Source: an uncultured Chloroflexia bacterium (GTDB lineage: Bacteria; Chloroflexota; Anaerolineae; Anaerolineales; UBA4823). Taken from it: a stretch of 64,000 bases of DNA. Where the stretch lies: the NCBI GenBank assembly GCA_963774275.1, contig CAVZEP010000008.1, positions 43,858 through 107,857 of the forward strand, written 5' to 3'. Of this stretch, positions 19,616 through 28,721 are shown in pieces (the stretch's first letter is position 1; each line of letters begins with the position of its first letter). A program made the position numbers and the translations under genes. A model generated the notes under the pieces. That model did not search any database, was not told where the DNA came from, and worked only from the letters and a program-made list of their open reading frames with translations.

Positions 19616-19688
19616 TCGTAAACCCTTAGCACCCTCCACGAAATATAAACGATCGCCAATTTCTACCGGAAGCCAGGTCTGATTTCGT

Positions 19689-20757
19689 TTACCTTGTCAG
19701 CGTCACTTTTCTAAGCGTGCGCGGTTGATCGGGGTCAAACCCACGCTTCTTAGCCAGATGGTAGGCAAGTAATTGCCCCGGCAGGATGGCCGCCATCGGG
19801 CTCAGCCACTCGGGAAGCCCGGCTGGGACCGGGATGAATAAATCCTGGTCCGGGATGTGCCCTTCAATGACCGTGTCACCGATGGTGATCAGCCGTGCAC
19901 CGCGCTCGTGCAGGCTCTTCCCCAATGCGCTCAATTCTTCTCTGAACGTGTCACCCATTGAAACCAGGCACACTGGAAAGCCTTGTATCCACCACCGCAA
20001 TCGGGCCATGCAGGAAGTCGGCCGAAGAGTAGGGTTCAGCCTGGATATTCGCCAGTTCCTTGCACTTCAAAGAGATCTCCCAGGCAGTTGAATAATTGAA
20101 ACCGCGCCCGATAAACACCGTGTGGTCGGATTCGGCCAGGCACCCGGCCGCTGCTTCAGCTTGTGGCTCCGATCCAAGCGCTGCTTCGAGTACCTCCGGC
20201 ACAGCTTCCATGGGTTTGAGCGGGTTGGGGGTTCCCTTCAGGCTTAATGCCAGCATTGCCAGGGCAGCCAGCTGGGCGGTGTAGGTCTTCGTAGCCGCCA
20301 CGCTGAGCTCCTTCCCAACCCCCAGCCCAATTTTGTATTCTGCCGCCTGTGCCAGCGGAGATTCGAGCTCGTTGGTGATGGCAATCGTGGGTGCCCCCTG
20401 CCGTCTCCCTTCCTCCACCACGCTGACGATATCTGGAGATTGGCCGGATTGTGAGATGCCGATCACCAGCGCACCCTTCAGGTTGGGTGGCGAATGGTAA
20501 CGCGTGAATAATGACGGTGCGGCCAATGCCACGCTCAGGCGGTTGATCGCTCCGAAGATATATTGCCCGTAGCGGGCAGCATTATCAGACGTGCCGCGCG
20601 CTGCCACCAGGATGTACGAAAACCCTTCGGACGATAGCTGCTGGCTTATCCATGCCACCCGCTCCGATTCGTTCTCCAGCATCCGCCGGATGGCCTGCGG
20701 CTGCTCATAAATTTCGCTTAGTAGTTGTGATTTCAAAAGCTTGGGCTTTTGGGGCAT
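19689..20757 (-). pseudogene. SIS-domain sugar-phosphate isomerase/deglycase-like protein (GlmS C-terminal half/AgaS/FrlB-like); frame broken near 19981-19986
   Basis: It has two SIS blocks (VAARGTSDNAA; GISQSGQSPD). ORF 19951..20757 derails after ...FLHGPIAVVDT, and the +1 frame continues GFPVCLVSMGDTFREEL... (19689..20009). Confidence 0.75.
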
Positions 20758-20792
20758 TATTGCTATATCCTTACCCGCCAGGCATCCACGGG

Positions 20793-22091
20793 TCAGCGAT
20801 TAAAAAATTGGGGCAGGTAGGAGCGATTGGTTTCAAGCAGGTCATCCAACACGGCTTGCACCTGGTCTGCCTTGGGTCCCAACGGGTTTGCCAGCAGTGC
20901 CTGGAACGCGGCATTCCGGTCTCCATGCACGGCTGCTTCGACGGTGAGCAGCTCATAAGACTTCACCTGTGCGATCAGTCCGAAGCAGACCGGCGGCAAT
21001 GGCTCGGCTGGCAGGGGATGGATGCCCGCTTTATCCACCCGGCAGGGCATCTCAAGCACCCAATCCTTTGGCCAACCCGGGACTGCCCCGCCATGGGTGG
21101 TGTTGACCACGTGGGTCTCGCCCAAATTATTGTAATGTGCGTTCAGCAGCTGGGTGGCCACGGTGGAGTAATAAGCCCCGCCCCGCAGCATCAGGTCGGC
21201 CGGAGGTTCCATCAGGGATGGGTCGGCATATTGCCTGAGCAGGTCTTTCTCAATTTCGATCACCTCTTCACCCCTGGAAGGCGGCCATTTCTGCTGGGAA
21301 TTCAATTTCCGGTCGGTGTGGTAGAAATATTGCAGGTAATAATTGGGCAGCATCCTCAGCACCTCGATCGTGCGTGGGTCCCATTCCGGCTCTGGGTCGG
21401 AGCGCAGCTCTTCCAGGGTGGCTGCAATCACCTGTGGCCAGACGTCTTCCCCGTCCACCGTGAAGCCCCGGTGCCATGAAAGGTGGTTCAGCCCCAGCGT
21501 ATTCAGCTCCGTCCGCTCGGGGGTCACACTCGTGCCTTTGAGCCCTTGCAGGTGCTCGATGATGCCCATTTTTGTGGTGATCGCCACGTTGCACACGCCC
21601 ACCGAGGTCACGTCGGGGGCATACATCTGCAGCGCTTGCGTCACCAGCCCGGCCGGGTTGGTGAAATTAGCCAGCAATGCCCCCGGGCTGGCCAGCTCAC
21701 GCATATCGGCGGCGATTTTCAAAACCACCGGGATGGTCCGCATGGCTTTTGCCATTCCACCCACGCCGGTTGTTTCCTGCCCGATTAAACCGTGGCGGCG
21801 TCCCAGGTATTCGTCCCCCACCCGGGCAGGCATCTGCCCCACCCGCAGCTGGGTGATGACGTAGGACGCATTCTGAACCGCAGCTTTTTGGTCCTGGGTC
21901 AGCACCACTTTGAACGGTTCCCCTTTGGCTTGCACCATGCGCTGGGCAAACCCTCCCACAATATTTAGCCGGACCGGGTCAATATCCATCAGCCACAGCT
22001 CCGTCACCGGCAAGGAGGCGCTACGCTCCAGGAAGCCATTGACCAGCTCAGGTGTGTAGGTGGACCCGCCACCAATGACTGCGATTTTCAT
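20793..22091 (-). CDS. 6-phospho-beta-glucosidase, glycoside hydrolase family 4
   Basis: The N-terminus MKIAVIGGGSTYTPELV is a Rossmann motif. GH4 blocks include QLRVGQMPARVGDE, NFTNPAG and GVCNV. Confidence 0.85.
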   Translation of the reverse strand: MKIAVIGGGSTYTPELVNGFLERSASLPVTELWLMDIDPVRLNIVGGFAQRMVQAKGEPFKVVLTQDQKAAVQNASYVITQLRVGQMPARVGDEYLGRRHGLIGQETTGVGGMAKAMRTIPVVLKIAADMRELASPGALLANFTNPAGLVTQALQMYAPDVTSVGVCNVAITTKMGIIEHLQGLKGTSVTPERTELNTLGLNHLSWHRGFTVDGEDVWPQVIAATLEELRSDPEPEWDPRTIEVLRMLPNYYLQYFYHTDRKLNSQQKWPPSRGEEVIEIEKDLLRQYADPSLMEPPADLMLRGGAYYSTVATQLLNAHYNNLGETHVVNTTHGGAVPGWPKDWVLEMPCRVDKAGIHPLPAEPLPPVCFGLIAQVKSYELLTVEAAVHGDRNAAFQALLANPLGPKADQVQAVLDDLLETNRSYLPQFFNR

Positions 22092-22189
22092 AGTTGTGCT
22101 CCTGATGTTTTCTCAGATGATTTCCATTTTGTACGAGGATTGTAGCATTAATTAATCGTTTTCACGTTGATATGTTTTGGGTGTTGTAG

Positions 22190-22208
22190 GGGCGATCGGT
22201 GATCGCCC
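22190..22208. repeat. GC-rich hairpin element GGGCGATC-GGT-GATCGCCC in an AT-rich spacer
   Basis: A perfect 8-bp inverted repeat was read directly. It is not followed by a clean U-tract on either strand. Confidence 0.6.
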
Positions 22209-22233
22209 TCAAGCTTGTTTTTGTTGGCATCAA

Positions 22234-22308
22234 GGGCGTTCTTTGCCCGAAGTGTCGCGAGTGATTTGTGCGGCGATGCAGGGGCGTTCTTTGCCCGAAG
22301 TGTAGCGA
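22234..22308. repeat. Two 27-bp direct repeats GGGCGTTCTTTGCCCGAAGTGT(C/A)GCGA (22234-22260 and 22282-22308)
   Basis: The copies match at 26 of 27 positions, with starts 48 bp apart. Each contains a small GGGCG/TGCCC hairpin. They look like REP-like intergenic elements. Confidence 0.7.
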
Positions 22309-22508
22309 AATGGTTTTTGAGCGATATGTTGGACCTACGATCTTTGTAGGACTTGGTAATCTTCAACTATCTTTTAAAGCCCTCATCCCCACCGAGGCAA
22401 CCCTCCTTCAGCATCAGATCGATGTAATAATCTGTCAGATTGACGTTATGGTGACTAGGTGATACATTAAAATTGTGTAGGTGAAAATCAATCAGACGAA
22501 TTATAGGG

Positions 22509-25500
22509 CTACTTGGGATTAGGTTCTGTTCCGTTAGAGAGGGGATTAATAGCTAGTGCCCCCTTCGCAGAAAAAGCAGGTTCAAAGGAAATATGCATGT
22601 TTTTATTCATTAACAACCCGTTGAATTTTGATCCAGGACATAGAAATGGTGGAAATCCCTCAGATTCTACAATTGCATATCCAGCTCTTAGGAGAATAAC
22701 TCTGCCTTTCATTCTGACTGGTATAGAGGCATCATTAAAATCCAATGGGTGGAATTCGATAGTGTTTAATTCAATACTACTAAATTCACGCTTCAACGCT
22801 TCATCGAAAACTGTTTTTGCTTCAGTAAAGTTTGAAGACATGAAAAGCATTCCACCAAGAGTTGCTATGAAACGAGGATCCGAGTAACCATATAAAGTAC
22901 TGATCTTGAGTATAGCTATAGCCTCATTATATGATTTATGAAGTTGGGCTATAGCAATCCCATATTCCACGAAAGAGCGGAATTCATTAGGATGATCTCT
23001 TATCACTGGAAATAGTATATCTATGGCATCTTTAATTCTTCCAGATCTTCGGTAAGACCGGCCAAGTAAATATCTTGGAACAATACTTCCCGGAGAGTCC
23101 TCAACAGCCTTTTCCAGAGCTTGTATACATGAAGGTTGATTTCCTAAATAAGATTGGATATTTGACGATTCGATCCATAGGCTGTCTCTAACGCGGACTT
23201 GCCTAAGTCCCTCATCGATAACTCCTTCTGCTTTCGTTATATATTCTGCAAACTCCTCAGATGAGGATAATTTCTTTGCCCATCCGATATAGAGTTGGGC
23301 CAGACCTTGGAAGCAGTATTCGTCCCGGGGGTAGATGGCAATACCTCGCCTGAAGCAGGCTTCACTTTGAGCAAGTCTTCGTCGACCGATATCGTTACTG
23401 TCTGCTGTGAGCGCTAGTTGCATTAAGACCATTCCTCGGGTATGATGGAGAACACGAACATTGGAGTCCAAACTTAATGCTTGATCGATCTGGCCGAGTG
23501 CGAGGTCAACCTTACCCTCTCTCAACAGCATTCGCGCATAGTGTTGTCGGACATATGGACTGTCTGGATCTTTCTTGCATGCAGTTTCAAAGAAACGAAT
23601 TTTGCCATCGAGGGTTCGAATCTGATCTATAGTTCTGTCTGAACGAATAAAGCTTTCAAAAGCCGATTTATCTAGACTATAGTTTAAGTTAAGTCCATTT
23701 AGACCAGTTCTTAGGAGAGAGTTCTTTTCCTCCAAAGCTGCGCAGCGCTCCCAAACGACTGCCGCAATAGTACTATGGCGTGTGCGCGCTGCAAATGCTT
23801 CACCCGCGGCATCAACACATTCATAAATAACAATACCCTCAGTAGAATCTGCTGTACGTTCATAGAGTTCTGTCAGGGGAGTTTCGAGAATTTGAGATAG
23901 GAGAGTGTCTCTCACTAAAGCTCCGTGTTGATGAAAGCAGCATACGGTCAAGTATAATCTTCTGGAAGTCGCGTTGTTGATACCTCGAAATTCATCCTCA
24001 AGTATAGCGTCGAAACTTTTGCCCTCTGTAGCCTCTCTAAGAGCGACAAGCAATTCTTTACCATGTTTTTGTTTGATAACGGCATATTGCATATCTCTGC
24101 TTAAATTGGAAAGTACCCCGAGTTCGTCATGCTTGGCTAGAAAATCAATAAGGCGATAGATTTCGGGATCGCTAAGGGATTCCATCTGATATTCTTTGAC
24201 TGATAATTTGCCATGCCCTTGCCTCCACTCGTTGAGATGTTCACCAAGTACAAACATAGCCGGACGCTTTAAATCTTCAAGTCGATGTAACATCGTATGA
24301 ATTGTTGTGGAATGATCCGTAGCATTATTTATGAAGAAATATAGCTTATTTTCGAAAAGAGTAGTAGCGTACTCAACATCCCCTTCGAGAACTATGCTAC
24401 CGGGGCGTAACATTAGTGTTGGCCCTGCTCTATCCATTACTAGTCTCGATGCTAGCGTCATTAAGGTGGTTGTAACACCATAGCCTGCAGGCGCGAGGAC
24501 TAAGATAGCTCTAGATTTGTTAGATGAACTTGTAGCAAAGTCTAGCAGTTCATCATAGATTGGTTCTTCGATGTCCCTTTCAAAAAGTTCGCGAGAACCA
24601 ACAAGCGCCCAGTTTGGTCGATTCCCCCTTACAAATTCTTGAACATTAGGTGAACCATGAAATGGGGCTTGGTTTATATATTCCCAAGAAGAAAACAAAC
24701 GTGCAGTGGGAGCAGGATTCTTTTCAAAGGCAGGGATAAGATCGGGTGGTATCTCCTTTTCAATAGTTCGGTAACGGCTTGATTCCTGCGGTGCTGAAGA
24801 AATAATAAGGGACGCTGATTCTTGAAATTGCTGGTAGGAGCAATTAATTGACGTTATATTCTTAGCACGAAGAAGCTCATCATCTATGGGATCGGTATTG
24901 GGATCGACACGATAGGATTGAGGTAATTGTGCGGGGTAGAACTCAGCAGAGATTTCGTTGATCAGAATCTTCCAATTAGGATCACGGTTGGAGTAGGCGA
25001 TGTAGAGGATAGGCGATCTAGCAAATTCAATCTTGAGTAGCTCGAAAAGCATTCGACGTTTTTCGCGGAATCGAGAATAGTCATCTTCTGTTATAAGAAT
25101 ATTTGGGTGCTGGGAACCAAACAAAGCGCCATGGAGATGATAAATTGGCACCTCGAAACGTGGATCGTGGCGAACAATTTCTGATGCCAGAGTAACTATA
25201 ACTGGCTTCTGTGGTGGATTTGGTATAAGCTCGTAAGCTCTCTCAATTGTCTCATTGTAATTTGTGGTGAAAATAGCAGCCCACCTAAGTTTAAATAGCC
25301 ATTGGAGTGTTGGGTCTGGCGTGAACCCGGCAAGTCGTTTTTGAAGGAATGCTTCAAGTTCGACTCTTCCATGGCGCAATTCGACAATACCCGCTACTTT
25401 TGATAAATCGGTATCGTTGTGTATCCCTAATGAGAACCCATCTGCAAGACTTCTTGCTAGGGAAGCCGCATCCGGTGCGGGATTACCCTTTGTGTCATGG

Positions 25501-25586
25501 ACGTGATCACCAATGCCAGCACCAAGGAAAAGAACGCATGTGCCAGAATCTATGGCAGTCCGCAGACCAAGAGGAATTTCAACCAT
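22509..25586 (-). CDS. SIR2-like (SIR2_2) domain, degenerate P-loop/STAND-like domain, TPR-like repeats and a small C-terminal domain; candidate single-gene anti-phage protein (1025 aa)
   Basis: SIR2_2 motifs are CVLFLGAGIG, FTTNYNETIE, IYHLHGAL and ILITEDDY. The Walker-A-like block LVLAPAGYGVTTT lacks the Lys. A helical repeat region spans about aa 660-930. GC is ~40%, against ~55-65% for the neighbours. Confidence 0.75.
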   Translation of the reverse strand: MVEIPLGLRTAIDSGTCVLFLGAGIGDHVHDTKGNPAPDAASLARSLADGFSLGIHNDTDLSKVAGIVELRHGRVELEAFLQKRLAGFTPDPTLQWLFKLRWAAIFTTNYNETIERAYELIPNPPQKPVIVTLASEIVRHDPRFEVPIYHLHGALFGSQHPNILITEDDYSRFREKRRMLFELLKIEFARSPILYIAYSNRDPNWKILINEISAEFYPAQLPQSYRVDPNTDPIDDELLRAKNITSINCSYQQFQESASLIISSAPQESSRYRTIEKEIPPDLIPAFEKNPAPTARLFSSWEYINQAPFHGSPNVQEFVRGNRPNWALVGSRELFERDIEEPIYDELLDFATSSSNKSRAILVLAPAGYGVTTTLMTLASRLVMDRAGPTLMLRPGSIVLEGDVEYATTLFENKLYFFINNATDHSTTIHTMLHRLEDLKRPAMFVLGEHLNEWRQGHGKLSVKEYQMESLSDPEIYRLIDFLAKHDELGVLSNLSRDMQYAVIKQKHGKELLVALREATEGKSFDAILEDEFRGINNATSRRLYLTVCCFHQHGALVRDTLLSQILETPLTELYERTADSTEGIVIYECVDAAGEAFAARTRHSTIAAVVWERCAALEEKNSLLRTGLNGLNLNYSLDKSAFESFIRSDRTIDQIRTLDGKIRFFETACKKDPDSPYVRQHYARMLLREGKVDLALGQIDQALSLDSNVRVLHHTRGMVLMQLALTADSNDIGRRRLAQSEACFRRGIAIYPRDEYCFQGLAQLYIGWAKKLSSSEEFAEYITKAEGVIDEGLRQVRVRDSLWIESSNIQSYLGNQPSCIQALEKAVEDSPGSIVPRYLLGRSYRRSGRIKDAIDILFPVIRDHPNEFRSFVEYGIAIAQLHKSYNEAIAILKISTLYGYSDPRFIATLGGMLFMSSNFTEAKTVFDEALKREFSSIELNTIEFHPLDFNDASIPVRMKGRVILLRAGYAIVESEGFPPFLCPGSKFNGLLMNKNMHISFEPAFSAKGALAINPLSNGTEPNPK

Positions 25587-25670
25587 TGGTTGACTCTTAA
25601 GGTAGAGATGATAAGGCGTGTCATATTTACATTACTGTAAAGCGTGAAGCATCTCGTACAATGTCAAAGC

Positions 25671-25683
25671 ATATATATATATA
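25671..25683. repeat. (AT)6.5 dinucleotide repeat in the spacer upstream of the SIR2-like gene
   Basis: ATATATATATATA was read directly, adjacent to a minus-strand TTGACA (25662-25667). Confidence 0.8.
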
Positions 25684-26039
25684 AACAGCAGGTTCATGAT
25701 GATTTTAGACTAGGAACGCAATAATTGCAAGTTATTCAATATTGTATTTTCGTAAAAGATGGACGGATAGAAACCATCCGGAGTAGGATGTATCTATTCT
25801 ATACCAAACCAATAGAAATACTAACTTAACCTAATAACATCATTGAAGATTACTGATGTAGTGTAAATGTGTTTACTCAGCCATCGCCGTATCCTCTATA
25901 TCCTGTTTCAATCAGGATAATGGATAGAATATAAGCTGATTGCTTGGACACACAACCACGCAACTTATCAGCTGTATTCAAGGCTTACTGCTGGCGATCT
26001 ACGGGTGTTTTACTATTCTATTGTGGACGCCATCTATGT

Positions 26040-26654
26040 TTAGGGCGGTCCAATATATGTCCACATACCACAGTCCTGATCAAGTTGTACTTGAAAGTCT
26101 GAAGGGGCGATGTAAATTGTGCCTCCTCCCAAACCAAAAAAATTATCTATGATATTTCCATAACGATCTGATCTTTTCCAGTAGCAGGAATCAATTTGTC
26201 CATTGTTACGCCAAACACCCGGTGCAATATCAACATTGATTAAGTAAATACCTGCGTATTTATCCGCGATCAGAGGACCAAAAACAACAGCTGTTTGAGT
26301 AGCTGCATTTGGAGTTTCTGTCGGTGGGAGTGGAGTGGCTGTTGGTCCTGGTGTTCTTGTTGGTAAAGGCGTGCGAGTGGGTTTTGCAGCCTCTGTTAAA
26401 GCTACTTGTGTTTTATATGCTTTCATATCCCAGGTAGGAGGTATAGATGTGCGCGTTGGACCTGCGGGTGAAGGGGTTGGACCTATAGGTGAAGTTGCCT
26501 GTGGAACTGCTGGTGACGATACTTGTTCCTGTTGGGCAGGCTGTAGAGCTACGACCGTTCCAGCAACCGATGTCGCGACAGTATCAGCAGATAGTGCTGC
26601 TGAACAAGACGTAAGCAAAACAGCTACAACAATTAGAAAATAAACCGATTTCAT
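26040..26654 (-). CDS. Lipoprotein, hypothetical (Pro/Thr-rich linker plus ~90-aa C-terminal domain)
   Basis: It has a signal peptide and lipobox (LLTSC), PT-rich low complexity, and a C-terminal domain with 2 Cys. AGAGGCGGA precedes ATG 26654. Confidence 0.6.
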   Translation of the reverse strand: MKSVYFLIVVAVLLTSCSAALSADTVATSVAGTVVALQPAQQEQVSSPAVPQATSPIGPTPSPAGPTRTSIPPTWDMKAYKTQVALTEAAKPTRTPLPTRTPGPTATPLPPTETPNAATQTAVVFGPLIADKYAGIYLINVDIAPGVWRNNGQIDSCYWKRSDRYGNIIDNFFGLGGGTIYIAPSDFQVQLDQDCGMWTYIGPP

Positions 26655-27037
26655 TTCCGCCTCTTTTCCGATTAATTGTGGATAGTAGTAATTGTGGTAA
26701 TCCCTGAATATTATTATGGCATATAAAACAAATCATGTCACTGCGATGGGATATCAGTGCAGCATGGAGGTGAGAAATCAAACACCAATGTGTCGCGCCT
26801 ATTACCTTCGTATCACGATACCAAAATATAAAGATTAGCCGTCCTTAATCACCCATTTTTTCTAAACATTTAGAGGAGAAGGTATGATTGGAAATCCACG
26901 TTTCGGGTTTATTGCTATTTACAGCTGTGATTTCAACCCCCGGTAGATAATTTTTTATATCCGCTACCCTGTACCCTCCAGCCCACTTAGGTGGGTTTCA
27001 CCCTCTCCCCCACGCGAACCCACACTGGCAATCCTGC

Positions 27038-27493
27038 TTAGCTATTTTCCTCCTCCAACTTCTTCCTCACCCAGCCCAGCGCCTCACCTGGCATCCCGAT
27101 CCTCAGCCCACTCCTTACCGCGATTTCCGGGTCATCCATGAAATGGACCCGATTAAATGTCACCAGATAATCCACCTTCGCTTTCATTGCTGCCAGCAGG
27201 ATGGGCACATCCGCAGGGTGGGAAATCAAACCCAGGTTCGCCCTCACCTCCTCTGGGGTCGGGTCGCGATTGATCTTTGCCTTTGATTCCAAAATGGCCG
27301 TCCTCAGGTCGGCTAACGCTTTTGGCACCTTCCGTGCGATTGCTCTTTCGGTTTCTGTCACCACCTGCTCCGAGATTGTGATGGTGATCTGTTCACACTC
27401 GGCCAATAGCAGCAATGCTCGTGCTGCGCCTGTGGCAGATATAACCCCCGCAAACAAGGCGCTGCTGTCCAGGAATAGGTTAATTTCCCGCAT
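27038..27493 (-). CDS. vapC: PIN-domain ribonuclease toxin (VapC-like)
   Basis: The acidic PIN pattern is FLDSSALFAG...ISEQVVTETERA...DVPILLAA...DYLVTFNRVHF. It overlaps the upstream antitoxin gene by 14 nt. Confidence 0.75.
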   Translation of the reverse strand: MREINLFLDSSALFAGVISATGAARALLLLAECEQITITISEQVVTETERAIARKVPKALADLRTAILESKAKINRDPTPEEVRANLGLISHPADVPILLAAMKAKVDYLVTFNRVHFMDDPEIAVRSGLRIGMPGEALGWVRKKLEEENS

Positions 27494-27758
27494 AATGTTC
27501 CTGGTAGTAGCGTTCTCGTTCCTCGTCCAGTGCCCTAAAGATATCGTCTACTGAAACTCCTTCCTCCGCCATTACTTGTGCCACCCGATTCCCTAAACGA
27601 TCTACTTTTGTCACGACCGGTGTAAGCAGGAACGATCCATCACCCAGGTCAATCAACGTGATAATATCCCCTTCATCCAATCCATATTTTCGCCGTAGCT
27701 CGATCGGTAGCGTTAGTGTGCCTTTTCCACGAATTTGAATGGTAGCTGTTGCAGTCAT
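27480..27758 (-). CDS. vapB: AbrB/SpoVT/MazE-fold antitoxin (VapB-like)
   Basis: It has the swapped-hairpin motif IRGKGTLTLPIELRRKYGLDEGD and lies immediately upstream of the PIN gene. Confidence 0.75.
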   Translation of the reverse strand: MTATATIQIRGKGTLTLPIELRRKYGLDEGDIITLIDLGDGSFLLTPVVTKVDRLGNRVAQVMAEEGVSVDDIFRALDEERERYYQEHYAGN

Positions 27759-28133
27759 TTCAGCAATTCTCCTTTTCGGTATTTCCGTAATTCCATCTCA
27801 ATTATATCACTCATCCCTGTCCCTGCTCGTAAATATCACTCGCCATGCTGCGGACAAAGAATATACTTGGTGACAACAAGTCCGGGATCAGCGAAACTCG
27901 GCTACAAAATCTTTGCTTATAAAATCGTATATATATTTTTCAGATCACGTTCTGTGTATATCGACAGAAAGCACCATTTTCAGGATAGCGGAGAATTATT
28001 TCGCTTTATAAAGATTGAGGCAGTCTTAATAAAGTAAATATTCCAGTGCGCTCATGCTAACACTTGACTTTTATTAGAAAATCCTGTAATATTTGAACCA
28101 GTTGTCAGGTTTATCCTGACAACCAGTGCAAAT

Positions 28134-28721
28134 ATGGACAAAGGAGATTTCCTCACTTCTATATTGCGTTCTAACAAGACTGTCTTTTCCTCCAAAGACA
28201 TAGCTTTGCTGTGGCATGATCCTGGTACATCAGCAACCAGGGAGCGTTTATCCTATTACATAAAAAAAGGAGATTTATATAGAATCCGGAAAGGGTTATA
28301 TGCCAAAAGCCAGGACTATAACCGGCTAGAACTGGCAACGCGGATATATACCCCATCCTATGTGAGTTTTGAGACGGTATTAGCCAGGGAAGGCCTTATA
28401 TTCCAATATTATGAGAAGATTTTTGTTGCTTCTTATTTAAGCAGGGAAATTACTGTTGATGGACAAGCCTATTCATACCGAAGGATAAATACCAGGATGT
28501 TGGTCAATTCTATCGGGGTAGAGCACATCCTTGAGACCTCGATTGCTGGCAAAGAACGGGCTTTCTTAGACACCTTGTATGCTAACGCCGATTACCAATT
28601 CGATAATGTCCGAGGCCTGGCTTGGGATAAGGTTTTTGAAATCTTGCCAATTTATGGCAATCAACGGTTGGATAAAAAAGTTAATCGCTTGTATAAGGCC
28701 TTAGACGACCAATTATTATGA
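28134..28721 (+). CDS. AbiEi-family antitoxin/transcriptional regulator (type IV TA)
   Basis: The N-terminal wHTH carries ...RERLSYYIKKGDLYRIRKGLYAK (the G-L-x-R-x-x-K/R-G-x-Y signature). It has a 4-nt ATGA overlap with the next gene. Confidence 0.7.
   Translation: MDKGDFLTSILRSNKTVFSSKDIALLWHDPGTSATRERLSYYIKKGDLYRIRKGLYAKSQDYNRLELATRIYTPSYVSFETVLAREGLIFQYYEKIFVASYLSREITVDGQAYSYRRINTRMLVNSIGVEHILETSIAGKERAFLDTLYANADYQFDNVRGLAWDKVFEILPIYGNQRLDKKVNRLYKALDDQLL

Noticed and set aside
20652-21479. A 275-aa plus-strand ORF, and similar long ORFs at 9592..10188(-), 12159..12818(-), 30121..30813(+), 30306..31100(+), 45187..45741(-) and 50433..51230(+).
   Set aside because: All lie antisense to, and fully inside, genes with clear family signatures (GH4, MFS, C25 peptidase, DagK, ABC-2 permease, PKD protein). 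Their translations are Arg/Gly/Pro/His-rich low-complexity, typical of open antisense frames in GC-rich DNA, and there is no RBS or family resemblance.
22148-22366. A 72-aa minus-strand ORF in the spacer left of the SIR2-like gene.
   Set aside because: Its sequence is a read-through of the REP-like hairpin and the two 27-bp direct repeats (ATLRAKNA appears twice). It is not a gene.
25940-26152. A 70-aa plus-strand ORF, and 27735..28037(+), in AT-rich spacers of the island.
   Set aside because: They have no RBS, odd composition, overlap with the end of the lipoprotein gene or lie inside the spacer, and resemble no family.
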